Position numbers and translations under genes: made by a program. From Pontiella sp. (GTDB lineage Bacteria; Verrucomicrobiota; Kiritimatiellia; Kiritimatiellales; Pontiellaceae): a DNA stretch of 64,000 bases. Where the stretch lies: assembly GCA_050290185.1 (NCBI GenBank), contig JBNKHE010000004.1, positions 128,001 through 192,000 of the forward strand, in the 5' to 3' direction. The notes below the pieces were generated by a model. It made no database searches, was not told the origin of the DNA, and saw only the letters and a list, made by a program, of their open reading frames with translations. Positions 15,894-26,234 of this stretch are shown one piece after another (the first letter of the stretch is position 1; each line of letters starts with the position of its first letter).

Positions 15894-15983
15894 TTGGAGG
15901 GTCGACGTCCTCGTCGACCGCGTGCCACTTTGCGGGAGCGCTCTCGCAAGACGGGGCGGACAGCGAGGACGCTGTCCCTCCAA
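15894..15983. repeat. REPIN-like element: two inverted GGAG-led palindromic REP units around a central hairpin
   Basis: TTGGAGGGTCGACGTCCTCGTCGACCG ... CGGACAGCGAGGACGCTGTCCCTCCAA, with central TTGCGGGAG-CG-CTCTCGCAA. Confidence 0.75.
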
Positions 15984-15984
15984 T

Positions 15985-17409
15985 TCAGCTGAACAGATTG
16001 CCCGGATTTAGCATGCAGGAGGGATCAAACAGGGTTTTGAGGTCGCGCATTTTGTAAATGCCGTCCTCGCCGAACATGAGACGGAAAAAATCAGTCTTTA
16101 GCTTTCCGATACCATGCTCGGCGGAGACAGAACCGCCCCACTCCACGACTTGTTTCGCCCAGTCGAGATAAAGCGCCTTGCCTTGTTCATATTCCTCCAT
16201 GCTGTGGGGAAGTATGTTGACATGAACGTGGTTATTGCCGACATGGCCAAAGATCACGTATTCCAAGCCGGCCGCAGTCAACCCACCGTGATACATTCGC
16301 ATAACGTCCTCAAGGCGGTCATCCGGCACAGACATATCGGTCCCAAGCTTGGTCAGCCCCGGGATGGTTTTCTTGCGCTCACCGATCAGCATATTGACCG
16401 ATTCGGGAATGGCGTGGCGGAAATTCTTGAGTGCGTCGATTTCATGGTCGCCTTCGGCCATCCAGCAGTCCACCGCCCGTTCGGCCCGTTCCACAACGGA
16501 TTCCGGAACCTCGTCCTCAAATTCGAAGTAGATGGCCGTATGGAATTCGGGGTTCAGCTCCGGCAGATCGGCAAAGGCCGTGTTTCCGGCCTTCATCCGC
16601 CGCAACAGGTCCAATGCGTTTGCATCGAAAAACTCGATCGCAACCGGCCCCGTATTTTCACGAAGAAAGCGGACAAAGTGCAACGCGGCCGCCTCGGATG
16701 GGAAAAATGCAGTCAGCCCAATCATCTGATCCGGCTCGGGTAGCAGTTCAAGTGTGATTTCGGTCACGACTCCGAGTGTGCCTTCCGCTCCGATAAACAG
16801 GTCGACCAGATCCATGTCCGGCTTCACGAAATAGCCGGCGGCGGTTTTTACGTCGGGCATCGGAAGTTCCGGAAATGCGCTGGCTATACTTCCAAGCTTG
16901 AAGCGAAGTTCATCGGCCTGGTGCATGCCACGTTCGACTTTGACGGTTTCGCCGTTGGACAACACAACCTCCAGCGCATGAATCCAGTTTCGGACAGCGC
17001 CATAGCGGAAGGACCTTGCGCCGGAGGCGTTGTTAGCAACCATGCCGCCGATAGATGCCGTGGTCTCGGTAAGATCGGAAGGGAAGAATAAACCTGACCC
17101 GGAAATGGCTGATCGAATATCTGCCAGCGGAGCGCCAGGCTGGACAGTCATATGGTTGCCCTCGATTTGACCGATGGCATTCATGCGCGAGAGATTGAGA
17201 ATCAATCCACCTTCCGGCACGCATCCGCCCGTGATGCCGGTACGTCCGCCCTGCACCGTAATGGGCCAGCTGTTTTCGGCGGCAACCAACAATGCGTCCT
17301 GGACCTCTTCGGTAGACTTAGGAAAGGCAATTTTATCCGCCCGCCCTTCCCTGCGCGACTCGTCATGCAGGAAATCCGCATACGCTTCGCCTATGTCATG
17401 AATATCCAT
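15985..17409 (-). CDS. FAD-linked oxidase (GlcD / D-lactate dehydrogenase family)
   Basis: GGRTGITGG, IGGMVANNASG, GAEGTLGVVTE, FGHVGNNHVH, SAEHGIG, LNPG. Confidence 0.9.
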   Translation of the reverse strand: MDIHDIGEAYADFLHDESRREGRADKIAFPKSTEEVQDALLVAAENSWPITVQGGRTGITGGCVPEGGLILNLSRMNAIGQIEGNHMTVQPGAPLADIRSAISGSGLFFPSDLTETTASIGGMVANNASGARSFRYGAVRNWIHALEVVLSNGETVKVERGMHQADELRFKLGSIASAFPELPMPDVKTAAGYFVKPDMDLVDLFIGAEGTLGVVTEITLELLPEPDQMIGLTAFFPSEAAALHFVRFLRENTGPVAIEFFDANALDLLRRMKAGNTAFADLPELNPEFHTAIYFEFEDEVPESVVERAERAVDCWMAEGDHEIDALKNFRHAIPESVNMLIGERKKTIPGLTKLGTDMSVPDDRLEDVMRMYHGGLTAAGLEYVIFGHVGNNHVHVNILPHSMEEYEQGKALYLDWAKQVVEWGGSVSAEHGIGKLKTDFFRLMFGEDGIYKMRDLKTLFDPSCMLNPGNLFS

Positions 17410-17421
17410 ACCGGGGAAGTT

Positions 17422-17489
17422 AACCACGAAGACACGAAAATCACGAAGAAAGATCTTATGAAACCGCACCTGCGTGCCTTCGTAGTGAA
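17422..17489. repeat. CACGAA-periodic imperfect inverted repeat
   Basis: AACCACGAAGACACGAAAATCACGAAG ... GTGCCTTCGTAGTGAA. Confidence 0.6.
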
Positions 17490-17492
17490 TAT

Positions 17493-18224
17493 CTAGAATT
17501 GTTCGTCGTTTCGGAGGTAGCGCCACTGGCCGGTGGGCAGGTTCCCGAGCACGATTTTTCCGATGCGGATGCGCTTGAGGCCGACGACCTTGAGGCCAAC
17601 CATTTCGCACATACGCCGGATTTGCCGTTTCTTACCTTCGTGCAGAATAAAACGAAGCTGATCCTCGTTCTGCCAGTTCACCTTGGCGGGCCTGAGCGGT
17701 TTCCCATCCAGTTCCATCCCATGGTTGAGCAGTTTCAGTCCGTCCTTCGACAGGGTTCCTTCGACACGCACGAGGTATTCCTTATCGACTTCCGAATCCT
17801 CCCCGATGATGCGGCGGGCAACGCGGCCATCCTGTGTAAGGACCAGCAGACCGGTGGAGTCGATATCCAACCGTCCGGCTGGAGCCAGTCCGCGAAGATG
17901 TGCGGGGTTAAAACGGCGGGGCGCCCGGTCGTCCTTCCAGCGGGTCCGTTCGGATATGAGGGATACCGCGGCTTTGTAGCCGTCCTCCGGCTGGCCGGAG
18001 ACATAGCCGATCGGTTTGTTAATCAAAAAAGTCGCCTGTGCATCCCGCCGCTTGCGGCCGGCTTCGGCCAGCTCGATCCGGGCATCGGTCGACACCTTGG
18101 TGCCCAGTTCGGAAACCACCTCTCCATCGACGAGCACCAAACCGCGTTCGATATAGCGGTCGGCCTCGCGCCGGGAACACATGCCCCTCGCCGCCATGAT
18201 TTTAGATATTCGTTGAATTTCCAT
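17493..18224 (-). CDS. rRNA pseudouridine synthase, RsuA/RluB/RluF family with S4 domain
   Basis: CSRREAD S4 motif, [28 protein letters not shown]. Confidence 0.93.
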   Translation of the reverse strand: MEIQRISKIMAARGMCSRREADRYIERGLVLVDGEVVSELGTKVSTDARIELAEAGRKRRDAQATFLINKPIGYVSGQPEDGYKAAVSLISERTRWKDDRAPRRFNPAHLRGLAPAGRLDIDSTGLLVLTQDGRVARRIIGEDSEVDKEYLVRVEGTLSKDGLKLLNHGMELDGKPLRPAKVNWQNEDQLRFILHEGKKRQIRRMCEMVGLKVVGLKRIRIGKIVLGNLPTGQWRYLRNDEQF

Positions 18225-18237
18225 TTCAGATTCCAGC

Positions 18238-19689
18238 TTACTTCTTCCAGAAGCTGGGAAGGAAGAGAATAAGGACGGTGTAGAGTTCCAGACGGCCCAG
18301 CAGCATAAAGATGGTAAGGATACCCTGCCCCAACGGCGAAATCGCCGCAAAGTTCTGCGTGGGCCCCACGGCATTCAGGCCCGGGCCGATGTTCCCAAGC
18401 GTTGCGATCACACAGGTTGCAGCCGTTTCGAGGTTGGGCGTGAAGAAGGTCATGATGAATGAACCAAATGCGAAAATCGTCAAAAAGATAGCGAAGAAGG
18501 CCGAGATGTGCGAAATGATTTCCTGTTCCACCGGCTTGCCGCCCAGCTTCATCTGAATGACCGCTGAAGGGCGCATGAACAGTTTCATCTCCCGCACCAT
18601 CTTCTTGAACATAATGAAGATGCGGACCACCTTCATGCCGCCGCCGGTTGAGCCGGCGCACCCACCGATGAACATCATCATTACGAGCAGCAAGCGCGAG
18701 GCATTCGGCCAGGTATCGAAGTCGGCCGTACAGAACCCGGTCGTCGTGATCACAGAAGTCGCCGTGAAGGCCGCATCCCTGAAGCTGCGACCGAAGGAAG
18801 CGAGGTGATGGGTCCACACATTCAGGGAGATGAAAACGATACTCCCAAGCAGGAAGAAGAAATAGAAGCGGAATTCCGGATCTTGGAAATACCGTTTGGG
18901 TTTACCGGTCAGCGCATAGTAGTGGAGTGAAAAGTTCACGCCGGCCAGAAACATGAATACGGTGATGATCGCATCAACGACGGCGCTGTCGTAGGCCCCG
19001 ATGCTGGCCGAGCGGGTGGAGAACCCTCCGGTAGCCATGGTCCCGAAGGTATGGCAAAGCGCATCGAACCAATCCATGCCGCCGACCCACTTCAACAGCA
19101 GGGTCTCGACGAGTGTCAACAGAACATAAACGCCCCACAGCAGCTTGGCCGTGGTAGCGATGCGCGGCGTGAGACGGTCCTTCGAAGGGCCGGGCATTTC
19201 GGCGCGGTAAATCTGCATGCCGCCCACTCCGAGAAACGGAAGGATCGCCACGCACAGCACCAGTACGCCCATACCGCCGAACCAGTGCGTCAGCGCCCGC
19301 CAGAAATGGATGCCGCGCGGGATGCTTTCCAGATCGCTCAGCACCGAGGCCCCGGTCGTGGTAAATCCGGACATCGTTTCAAACAGGGCGGAGACCGGAT
19401 GGGGAATGACGCCCGAAATGATGTAGGGAAGCGAACCAAAGAGGGTTGCCGATAACCAGCCGAAGGTTACGATCCCAAACCCGTCGCGCCGGGACAGGTT
19501 GATGTCCCCGCGGGTCAGAATTCCGACGATACCGGCCGCGCCGATGGCAATGAGTCCCGATTCTATTAGGCTCAGCTGGATCTTGAGCGGCTCGTGGTAC
19601 AACCACGAAACTCCGGCACACAATACCATAGCAACGCCGATGACCAGCGTCATGAATGATACTAAATGGAATACGGCTCGTTTGTTCAT
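18238..19689 (-). CDS. trkH: Trk potassium uptake membrane subunit (copy 1)
   Basis: Pore motifs [34 protein letters not shown] loop; MLLGRLE. Confidence 0.95.
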   Translation of the reverse strand: MNKRAVFHLVSFMTLVIGVAMVLCAGVSWLYHEPLKIQLSLIESGLIAIGAAGIVGILTRGDINLSRRDGFGIVTFGWLSATLFGSLPYIISGVIPHPVSALFETMSGFTTTGASVLSDLESIPRGIHFWRALTHWFGGMGVLVLCVAILPFLGVGGMQIYRAEMPGPSKDRLTPRIATTAKLLWGVYVLLTLVETLLLKWVGGMDWFDALCHTFGTMATGGFSTRSASIGAYDSAVVDAIITVFMFLAGVNFSLHYYALTGKPKRYFQDPEFRFYFFFLLGSIVFISLNVWTHHLASFGRSFRDAAFTATSVITTTGFCTADFDTWPNASRLLLVMMMFIGGCAGSTGGGMKVVRIFIMFKKMVREMKLFMRPSAVIQMKLGGKPVEQEIISHISAFFAIFLTIFAFGSFIMTFFTPNLETAATCVIATLGNIGPGLNAVGPTQNFAAISPLGQGILTIFMLLGRLELYTVLILFLPSFWKK

Positions 19690-19747
19690 GGACCTACCAA
19701 TAAAACAGTTTCTTTATCTGCCGGCAACTTGTCGAGCATGTTTGATT

Positions 19748-21199
19748 CTACTTCTTCCAGAAGCTGGGAAGCAGAAGTACGAATACCGTATAGAACTCTA
19801 GACGACCCAGCAGCATACAGGCAATCAGAACCAGCTGGCCTCCATTGGGAATGCCCGAGAAGTTGTGCGTGGCACCCACGGCACTCAGTCCCGGGCCAAC
19901 GCCCCCGAGTGTCGTTGCAACCGAGCTGGCCGCCGTTTCGAGATCGGGAGTGCAGAGGCACATCAACAGGACGGCAACGGCAAAGGTGCAGAGGTACATG
20001 AATATGAAGGCCGCAATGTGCGACACCGTATCGGCATCCACCACCCGACCGTCATACTTCATCTGGATCACGGACAGCGGTCGCATGAAGAGCCGGATCT
20101 CGCGAAACATTTTTCTGAAAACGATGTTAATGCGCAACAGCTTGATGGCACCGCTGGTCGAACCGGCACACCCGCCGGTAAACATCAGCAGTAAGAGTAG
20201 GTAGCGCGAGGCATTGGGCCACGCATCAAAGTCGGCCGTACAGAAACCGGTGGTTGTCATGATGGACGTGGAGGTAAATACGGCGTCGCGGATGCACTGC
20301 CCGATGGGGGCATATCCCGAGTGCCAGATGTTGAAGGTAATAAAGGCGGAGGCAAACAGTAGAAGACCCAGATACAGCCGGAACTCGGAATCGCGGAAAT
20401 ATCGTCCCGGCTTGCCGGTCAATGCATAGTAGTGCAACGTGAAGTTGATGCCGGAGAGAAACATGAACACAATAATGATGCTGTCAACAACCGGGCTGTT
20501 GAAGGCCCCGATACTCTCGGATCGCGTCGAAAAGCCGCCGGTGGCAATCGTACCGAAACTATGGCACATGGCATCGAACCAGCTCATGCCCCCCACCCAC
20601 TTCAACAGCAGCGTTTCGAGAAGCGTCAGCAACGCATAGACGCCCCACAATAGCTTGGCCGTCGTGGCAATGCGCGGAGTCAGGCGGTCTTTCGAAGGGC
20701 CGGGCATTTCGGCACGGTAGATCTGCATGCCGCCCACGCCGAGAAATGGAAGAATCGCCACGCACAGCACCAGTACGCCCATGCCGCCGAACCAGTGCGT
20801 CAGCGCCCTCCAGAAATGAATGCCGCGCGGAACGCTTTCCAGATCGCTCAGCACCGAGGCCCCGGTCGTCGTAAAGCCCGAAAGGGTTTCAAACAGGGCA
20901 GGAACCGGATGCGTAATCACGCCGGAGAGGATATAGGGAAGCGAGCCGAAAATGGCTGCGATCAACCAGCCAAATGTGACCACGCCAAAGCCGTCGCGTC
21001 GCGAAAGGTTCATACTGCCACGGGTCAGCACGCCACAAACCGCCGCAAATACAATCGTGATCAACCCGGAGTAGATCAGACTCATAATCACCGGGTGCGG
21101 ATCGTGGTAATGCAGGGAAACAACGGTGCATCCAAGAATGGACAGACCGATGACCAGCATCATATAGGAAACCAGATGGAATACCGCGCGAAAGTTCAT
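19748..21199 (-). CDS. trkH: Trk potassium uptake membrane subunit (copy 2)
   Basis: Paralog of 18238-19689 with the same length (483 aa); pore motifs TTTGAS, ATGGFS, TTTGF, LGGVGPG. Confidence 0.95.
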   Translation of the reverse strand: MNFRAVFHLVSYMMLVIGLSILGCTVVSLHYHDPHPVIMSLIYSGLITIVFAAVCGVLTRGSMNLSRRDGFGVVTFGWLIAAIFGSLPYILSGVITHPVPALFETLSGFTTTGASVLSDLESVPRGIHFWRALTHWFGGMGVLVLCVAILPFLGVGGMQIYRAEMPGPSKDRLTPRIATTAKLLWGVYALLTLLETLLLKWVGGMSWFDAMCHSFGTIATGGFSTRSESIGAFNSPVVDSIIIVFMFLSGINFTLHYYALTGKPGRYFRDSEFRLYLGLLLFASAFITFNIWHSGYAPIGQCIRDAVFTSTSIMTTTGFCTADFDAWPNASRYLLLLLMFTGGCAGSTSGAIKLLRINIVFRKMFREIRLFMRPLSVIQMKYDGRVVDADTVSHIAAFIFMYLCTFAVAVLLMCLCTPDLETAASSVATTLGGVGPGLSAVGATHNFSGIPNGGQLVLIACMLLGRLEFYTVFVLLLPSFWKK

Positions 21200-21238
21200 G
21201 TTCGACCATCCTTGCCGCGTATGAGTGGTAGGAACCGC

Positions 21239-22582
21239 CTATAGAAAGGTGGACTGGATTTTCTTTACCGCATCCGGATGGCAGAAGATCAACACCCGGT
21301 CTCCCACGATAAACTCAAGATCCCCCGTAGCCGTCACTACTTCGCCCTGTCGCAAGACAGTAGCGATAATCGCTTTTTGAGGAATCTTCACCTCTCGGAT
21401 TTTCTTGCCGTCCATTTTACTGCCGGACTCAACAATGATGTCGAGCAGCTCGCCGGGCAGATTGTGCAACAGCGAGGCCGCGCGGACCTTCTTCGAGCGC
21501 AACCAGTGGAGAATGGCATTGGTGGTAGAAATATAGGGGCTCACGACCCGGTTCACCAGGTAGAGTTGCTCGACCACCGGAATGAAATCGGTGCGGGCGA
21601 TCTGTGTAGCGGTAAAGGCGGCTCCCTTTTTCTGAGCCATCAGGCAGTTCATGATATTGCCTTCGTCATCACCCGTCAGCGCAACGAACGCCGTGCGGTC
21701 ATGCAACCCCGATTCCTCCAGCGCGCTTTCGGTCAGCGCATCGGCTCGCAGAATAAGGGTTTTGTTCAACTCCGCCGAACAGAACCGCGCTCGCTCCTCG
21801 TCCTGTTCCAGCACCACGCAATCGACATCGTTTTCAATAAACTTGGCCAGCATCAATCCCAGGTCGCCGCCCCCGGCAATAATGACTTTTTCGAAGGGCG
21901 GAATATCGGGGCAAACATAGCTGAAGAAACTAACGATGTCCTCCCGCTGACCCACAATGTAGACGACATCCTTCTTCTGAAAAACCGTATCGCCATGGGG
22001 AATCACCAGTTCTTCATCCCGGCGGATGGCGATTACGCGCACACTCTGGATCAGGTCGAGCCGGTCGCATTCGGCCGGCGTCCGGTCCATCAACGGGCTG
22101 GAGGCATTGATGCTGAAGCCGGCCACCATCACCTTCCCGGCAAAAAGATCGAAGGCTTCCAATGCACCGGGAATCTGCAGCATGTTGTACACTTCACGCG
22201 CACACTCCTGCTTCTGGTTAATCACCAGATCAATTCCCATTTTGTGCAGATTGTAGTGAGGGGAATCGCTCAGGAAGTCTGGATTGGTCACACGGGCAAT
22301 CTTGCCTTTTACACCGGCCGCATTGGCCAGTAGGCAGGAGAGAATATTGACCTCGTCGTTGTCGGTTACAGCAATCAGCAGGTCCGATTTGTCCACCTGC
22401 GCCTTGTCCAGCACGGACGGATTGGTACCCTGTCCGCAGATCGTCAATACGTCCAAACCCGCTTCCGCCTCTGCCAGCGAGTGGGGATTGACATCCACCA
22501 TGACCACGCTGTGCTTCTCTTCGCACAGCCTGCGCGCCAGCTGTCGGCCGGCATTTCCTGCTCCGATAATTACAATCCGCAT
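21239..22582 (-). CDS. trkA: Trk system RCK-domain regulatory subunit
   Basis: Two Rossmann RCK domains (IIGAGNAG, IAGGGDLG), AVTDNDEVN; lies upstream of trkH. Confidence 0.95.
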   Translation of the reverse strand: MRIVIIGAGNAGRQLARRLCEEKHSVVMVDVNPHSLAEAEAGLDVLTICGQGTNPSVLDKAQVDKSDLLIAVTDNDEVNILSCLLANAAGVKGKIARVTNPDFLSDSPHYNLHKMGIDLVINQKQECAREVYNMLQIPGALEAFDLFAGKVMVAGFSINASSPLMDRTPAECDRLDLIQSVRVIAIRRDEELVIPHGDTVFQKKDVVYIVGQREDIVSFFSYVCPDIPPFEKVIIAGGGDLGLMLAKFIENDVDCVVLEQDEERARFCSAELNKTLILRADALTESALEESGLHDRTAFVALTGDDEGNIMNCLMAQKKGAAFTATQIARTDFIPVVEQLYLVNRVVSPYISTTNAILHWLRSKKVRAASLLHNLPGELLDIIVESGSKMDGKKIREVKIPQKAIIATVLRQGEVVTATGDLEFIVGDRVLIFCHPDAVKKIQSTFL

Positions 22583-23154
22583 AGGTGTTCCCCCGGAAAA
22601 AGCCGTCGTATATGCTTCAAGTTGGCCAGTTTATCAATAAAAAACCGGAATTAGAATTGCCATCATACAGGATGTCCTTCCCATCCAACCCACTGAACAG
22701 CAAACAGATTATCGCGCAATCACGCAAAAACCTCCAAAGGGTCGGAGCAGGGCCCAAGTAGATCTGAAAGCCGCAAAACCTACAAGACGCGATACACCAA
22801 CGGTCTTGTTATCAAAGAGCCCCCAGCAATACTTTGGGTGTGAAGAAGCATGGTGCAACAGGGACATCGTCGTATTTAAACTCAAGTCGGTTTGATCTGG
22901 GAGGAAGGATGGAAACCATGCCGAAGCTGAATACGAACTGGCGGGTTCCGAGCAACCGGAGAACGGTTCAAAGAATCTTCCAAACCAAAGCTTAAACGCC
23001 TTAATTCAGTGTTATTTATGACAATCTCCGGAACATGTATGCTTGAAATTGTATAGAATCTGATTGCATGGATTCATTGCCAATAAGCTTGGTTTACAAA
23101 ACCATGCAATCGCAGTTTGTTGAAGAAAAAGCATCCATCTGCCGGAGCTACTTT

Positions 23155-24780
23155 ATGATCAAAACTAAACTCGTCCCGTTTGCATGCGCATTGGGTGTGG
23201 TTTTCAGCGCATTGATATCCGTTCAGGCCGCCAGACCGGCCTCAGAATTCCTGCTTTGGACCGGTAGCGCCCCAGGCGCGGTGGGCTCTGACCCTGAAGA
23301 TATGCCGACATTGACACCATACTACGCCTCGGAGACGAATGCGACCGGAGCGGCGATGATCGTCTGTCCGGGAGGCGGCTATACGTTCCTTTCTTCGCTT
23401 CATGAGGGAACCTACTTCGCCCAATGGCTGAACGAGCTTGGAATTAGCGCGTTTGTGTTAAAATACCGGATTGGCCCGGACGGCTACCATCATCCCGTCG
23501 AGATGCTGGATGCGCAGCGCGCGATCCGTTATGTCCGCGCAAATGCCACGGACTGGAATCTCGATCCAAACCGTATCGGCATCATCGGCTCCTCTGCGGG
23601 GGGGCATCTTGCGGCCACGACAATGGTGCATTTTGATGATGGCAATCCGGGTTCGCTCGATCCGGTTGAGCATGTGAGTAGCCGGCCCGACCTCGGGGTG
23701 CTTTGTTATCCGGTCATTACCATGGATGACACGTACACACATGAAGGATCGAAGACCAACCTGCTTGGCGATGAGATCACCAATTCCGTACTGGTGGAAT
23801 ACCTCTCATGCGAGAAGCAGGTCACGACGAATACGCCGCCCGCCTTCCTTATGCATGCGCAGACCGACTCCACGGTTCCCTACCAAAACTCGGCCATGTT
23901 TGCTGATGCATTGGCTTCAAATGGTATCCCCTATGAGTTGCACCTATATCCCACCGGCGGGCATGGGGTCGGGCTTGGTAGCACGCCGGGGGATGAGAAG
24001 AACTACCACCCATGGACCTTCGAGTGCAGACACTGGCTCTACCAAATGGGCTTTGCTCTGCCCGATCTTGGCAACCTATGGCTGTTGGGCGATTCCATCA
24101 CCTACGGAGCCGGCGTTTCCACCGTCCCCGGTGGCTATCGCGATCCGCTGTATACGAATCTCGTTGCCCGAGGCTACACCTTCAAGTTTGTTGGAACAAG
24201 GGATGCCAATGCCTCTACCCGTCTCTCGAATGCGGGCCAGCAATGGCACGACGGGTGGAGTGGATACACCATTGCCGACAGTACCATCCCCAGCGTTCCC
24301 CCCAAGGACTATAACGGGTTGTATGAAAGGGTCGAAGGGTGGTACGACTCGATGCTCAACAAGCCGGATATCATTCTGCTGCTGATCGGCATCAATGACC
24401 TCAATCAGAAATATGATGTCGCGGAGGCCCCGGACCGACTCGAACTTTTGGCTGACCGTCTGTTCTCGTTGAATCCGAGGGTCGAGCTTGTGATTTCATC
24501 CCTTCCCGAGGCCGACTCGAACAACCGGTTCCGGCATGTCCCTCCCAATACCGATCTATCAGGTCCTATCAGCGATTATAATGCAGCGATTGCTTCAATG
24601 GTAGCCGGAAGACAGGCGCTGGGACAAAACATCGTTTTCGTGGATATGCATGCGGGCTTGACGCTTGCGGACCTGTCCGACCAGTTGCATCCTACCGCGT
24701 CCGGCTACGCGAAAATGGGCAAGATCTGGGCCGATGCCATTGAATATCTGCGAACTTCACGACCAACAACATCACGGTAA
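23155..24780 (+). CDS. Secreted two-domain carbohydrate esterase: alpha/beta hydrolase plus SGNH domain
   Basis: Signal peptide; CPGGGY, GSSAGGHL, D and GGHG triad motifs; then GDSIT, IGIND, DQLHP. Confidence 0.88.
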   Translation: MIKTKLVPFACALGVVFSALISVQAARPASEFLLWTGSAPGAVGSDPEDMPTLTPYYASETNATGAAMIVCPGGGYTFLSSLHEGTYFAQWLNELGISAFVLKYRIGPDGYHHPVEMLDAQRAIRYVRANATDWNLDPNRIGIIGSSAGGHLAATTMVHFDDGNPGSLDPVEHVSSRPDLGVLCYPVITMDDTYTHEGSKTNLLGDEITNSVLVEYLSCEKQVTTNTPPAFLMHAQTDSTVPYQNSAMFADALASNGIPYELHLYPTGGHGVGLGSTPGDEKNYHPWTFECRHWLYQMGFALPDLGNLWLLGDSITYGAGVSTVPGGYRDPLYTNLVARGYTFKFVGTRDANASTRLSNAGQQWHDGWSGYTIADSTIPSVPPKDYNGLYERVEGWYDSMLNKPDIILLLIGINDLNQKYDVAEAPDRLELLADRLFSLNPRVELVISSLPEADSNNRFRHVPPNTDLSGPISDYNAAIASMVAGRQALGQNIVFVDMHAGLTLADLSDQLHPTASGYAKMGKIWADAIEYLRTSRPTTSR

Positions 24781-24960
24781 CCGGCGATAAGGTGTCGCCG
24801 ATGGCCAACGGCACGGTGGGCACCGGCTGAATCGGCAGACTTGTCCACTAACTACTGGACGTCATTGACCGATGACAAGGTGAGGGGGATCCTCGTCACC
24901 ATCACGGGGCCGGCCATAAACGCGCAGCACTTCTACCGGTTCAGTTCTTCTCAACCTTAG
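24747..24960 (+). pseudogene. Frameshifted remnant of the esterase's C-terminal domain
   Basis: A shifted frame gives SANFTTNNITVTGDKVSPMANGTVGTG. The original frame then resumes as ESADLSTNYWTSL...AQHFYRFSSSQP with a stop at 24958-24960. Confidence 0.6.
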
Positions 24961-25014
24961 GAGCCACCTGCACAACAATACTTCCTGAACAGAATACGAA
25001 TCCCCGGGAATGGT

Positions 25015-25932
25015 TCAGGAAGCATTCGTGGCCTGGCGGGACCAGTAGCGGGCGAGAAGCGAGGCGGTGATGACGCACCAGGTGGCGAAGAGGGCCGGAA
25101 TGATAGCGCTCTCGGCCGAAAAATTGGCAACGGCCAGCACGGCCCCAAGTCCCGCGTTCTGCATGCCGACTTCGATGCACAACGTACGCCGCCGGCGCAG
25201 ATCGAAACGTAGCAGCATACCCCCCAGATAGCCCCCGATATAGCCAAGCAGATTGTGGATGAAGATTGCCGCAAACACGATCAGCGTCAGGGAGGCGATC
25301 CGGGATTGGTTGAGCGCAACGATCACTCCGCAGATAATGGCGATGCACAGCGTGGAAAGCGCCGGAAACCAGTCGTGGAGCCGTTCGATCTGCCGGCGAA
25401 ACCAATGCTTGAGCCCAAAGCCGATCAACAACGGCAGGATGACGATGGTGATGATCTGCTTGAACATCGCCCAATAGTCCACGTGGATGACGGCATGGGC
25501 GTATAGATAGGTGATGGAGGGCGTAAGAATCGGTGCCAGCAGCGTGGCGGTCGAGGTGAGTGCGATGGAATAGGCCACGTCGGTCTTGGCGAGATAGGCG
25601 ATGACGTTGCTGGCCATCGCTCCCGGAACAGCCCCCACCAGAATCATGCCCAGGAACAGATCGGGCGGCAGGTGCAATGCCTTGGCAATCAGGAAACCGC
25701 ATCCGGGCATGACGATGAACTGCACCAGAATGCCGAGCAGCACGAGATCCGGGCGCCGGATCAGCGGACGAAAATCGGATAGGTTCATGGCACAGCCGAT
25801 GCCGAGCATCGTGCCGGAGAACATCCATGAAAGCCAGGGCTTGAACCAGGTCAGTGAAGGCGGACACCCATAGCCCAGGATTCCGAGGGCAACAACCCAC
25901 AACGGCATCAGGGATGTGAACTTCTTCAGCAC
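25015..25932 (-). CDS. Bile acid:sodium symporter family transporter (PanS-like)
   Basis: PGAMASNV and IEVGMQNAGLG motifs; multiple TM segments. Confidence 0.92.
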   Translation of the reverse strand: MLKKFTSLMPLWVVALGILGYGCPPSLTWFKPWLSWMFSGTMLGIGCAMNLSDFRPLIRRPDLVLLGILVQFIVMPGCGFLIAKALHLPPDLFLGMILVGAVPGAMASNVIAYLAKTDVAYSIALTSTATLLAPILTPSITYLYAHAVIHVDYWAMFKQIITIVILPLLIGFGLKHWFRRQIERLHDWFPALSTLCIAIICGVIVALNQSRIASLTLIVFAAIFIHNLLGYIGGYLGGMLLRFDLRRRRTLCIEVGMQNAGLGAVLAVANFSAESAIIPALFATWCVITASLLARYWSRQATNAS

Positions 25933-25938
25933 AGTCCT

Positions 25939-26232
25939 CTAGCCTTTTGGGTTTGGGATCAAGTGATCTATCTCGCCTGACTTGATCATCGGTTCGAGCT
26001 TGCGCCACCCCGCGACGTGCTTTCCACCAATAAACATCTGCGGCACAAAGTCGACCTTCCCGCCGCAACGGCGATACATGGCGCGGGTGTTTTCGGAATC
26101 GGCGAACTCGTCGCTGCCGACGTCCCATTCAACCGCGTAGGCCCTAAAGGTAACGCCTTGACTGCAGAAAAATTCAATGGCCTTGTCGCAAAGGCCGCAC
26201 ACGCGGGCATAGTAGATGTCAACGGTTTCCAT
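25939..26232 (-). CDS. Glutaredoxin-like protein
   Basis: CGLC motif and VPQMFIGGKHVAG. Confidence 0.85.
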   Translation of the reverse strand: METVDIYYARVCGLCDKAIEFFCSQGVTFRAYAVEWDVGSDEFADSENTRAMYRRCGGKVDFVPQMFIGGKHVAGWRKLEPMIKSGEIDHLIPNPKG

Positions 26233-26234
26233 CC

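Noticed and set aside
22583..23154. 570-nt intergenic region as a K+/c-di-AMP riboswitch, sRNA or pseudogene
   Set aside because: Only short interrupted frames with no recognisable homology and no riboswitch consensus; cannot be supported without a search.
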